Shown one piece after another: positions 51,100 through 51,224 of a stretch of 51,224 nucleotides of DNA; the first letter of the stretch is position 1, and each line of letters opens with the position of its first letter. The notes below the pieces were generated by a model. It worked only from the letters and a program-made list of their open reading frames with translations. It did no database searches and was not told the origin of the DNA. The translations under genes and the position numbers were made by a program. The DNA comes from Mycobacterium phage prophiGD17-1, in sequence record MW584165.1; one strand, 5' to 3'.

Positions 51100-51185
51100 G
51101 TCGCGCGAATTACTGTCCATTTATTGTCCACTGCGGACCCTATGTGGGTCCGTGGCGAACATTTGCAGGCCAATGACCTGCATGT
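51100..51185. repeat. attR-proximal arm: TGTCCAT-ttat-TGTCCAC direct repeat, palindrome GGACCCTATGTGGGTCC, and inverted repeat TGCAGG-ccaatga-CCTGCA; candidate arm-type / IHF sites and/or promoter of the esx-toxin operon
   Basis: Repeats seen directly. The GTCCAC motif is shared with the attL arm. Confidence 0.45.
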
Positions 51186-51224
51186 TTGGTGGAGCTAAGG
51201 GGAATCGAACCCCTGACCTTCTCG
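51186..51224 (-). tRNA. attR core: 3' portion of a minus-strand tRNA gene (body continues beyond the window end); isotype not determinable
   Basis: Identical 39-bp repeat. The CCA end lies at about 51187-51189 on the minus strand and the window ends inside the tRNA. Acceptor 3' strand is TAGCTCC with discriminator A. Confidence 0.65.

Noticed and set aside
50934-51173. 80-aa N-terminal extension of the second WXG100 ORF
   Set aside because: Arg/Pro/Cys-rich, non-helical, and would run through the attR-arm repeats. WXG100 proteins are ~100 aa, so the internal ATG at 50933 is used.

Overview
This 51.2 kb window looks like a complete temperate siphovirus prophage from a high-GC actinobacterium, most likely a Mycobacterium (M. 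abscessus-like GC content, Lysin A plus Lysin B, glycine-rich minor tail proteins). It is bounded by a 39-bp direct repeat, 1-39 and 51186-51224, which is the 3' end of a minus-strand tRNA, i.e. attL and attR. Order from left: attL with arm-type repeats; a minus-strand lysogeny operon (tyrosine integrase, membrane protein, DUF3263, ImmA-like metallopeptidase, XRE/ImmR-like repressor); a divergent switch region; then a long plus-strand block (Cro-like, Xis-like, many translationally coupled small early genes, HNH, RecB/Cas4-like nuclease, SPFH/band-7 protein, RtcB RNA ligase, PrimPol, P-loop primase/helicase-like protein). Next comes an AT-rich island flanked by GGTGTCAG motif arrays (ori-like), endonuclease VII, DUF3310, a second Xis-like HTH, and an HNH endonuclease beside a probable cos region. 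The structural module follows: TerL, portal, head maturation protein, scaffold, lambda gpD-like decoration protein, lambda gpE-like major capsid, head-tail connectors, major tail protein, G/GT chaperone with a -1 frameshift, a 1116-aa tape measure with an embedded LAS/M15-like motif, minor tail proteins including two collagen-like ones, and LysA-LysB-holin. The most notable cargo is at the right end beside attR: a minus-strand cassette of two WXG100 (Esx-like) genes, a 549-aa polymorphic toxin with a WXG100-like N-terminus carrying a YxxxE export motif and a possible PD-(D/E)xK nuclease C-terminus, and a translationally coupled putative immunity gene. All calls are from reading the sequence and ORF translations; no database search was possible.
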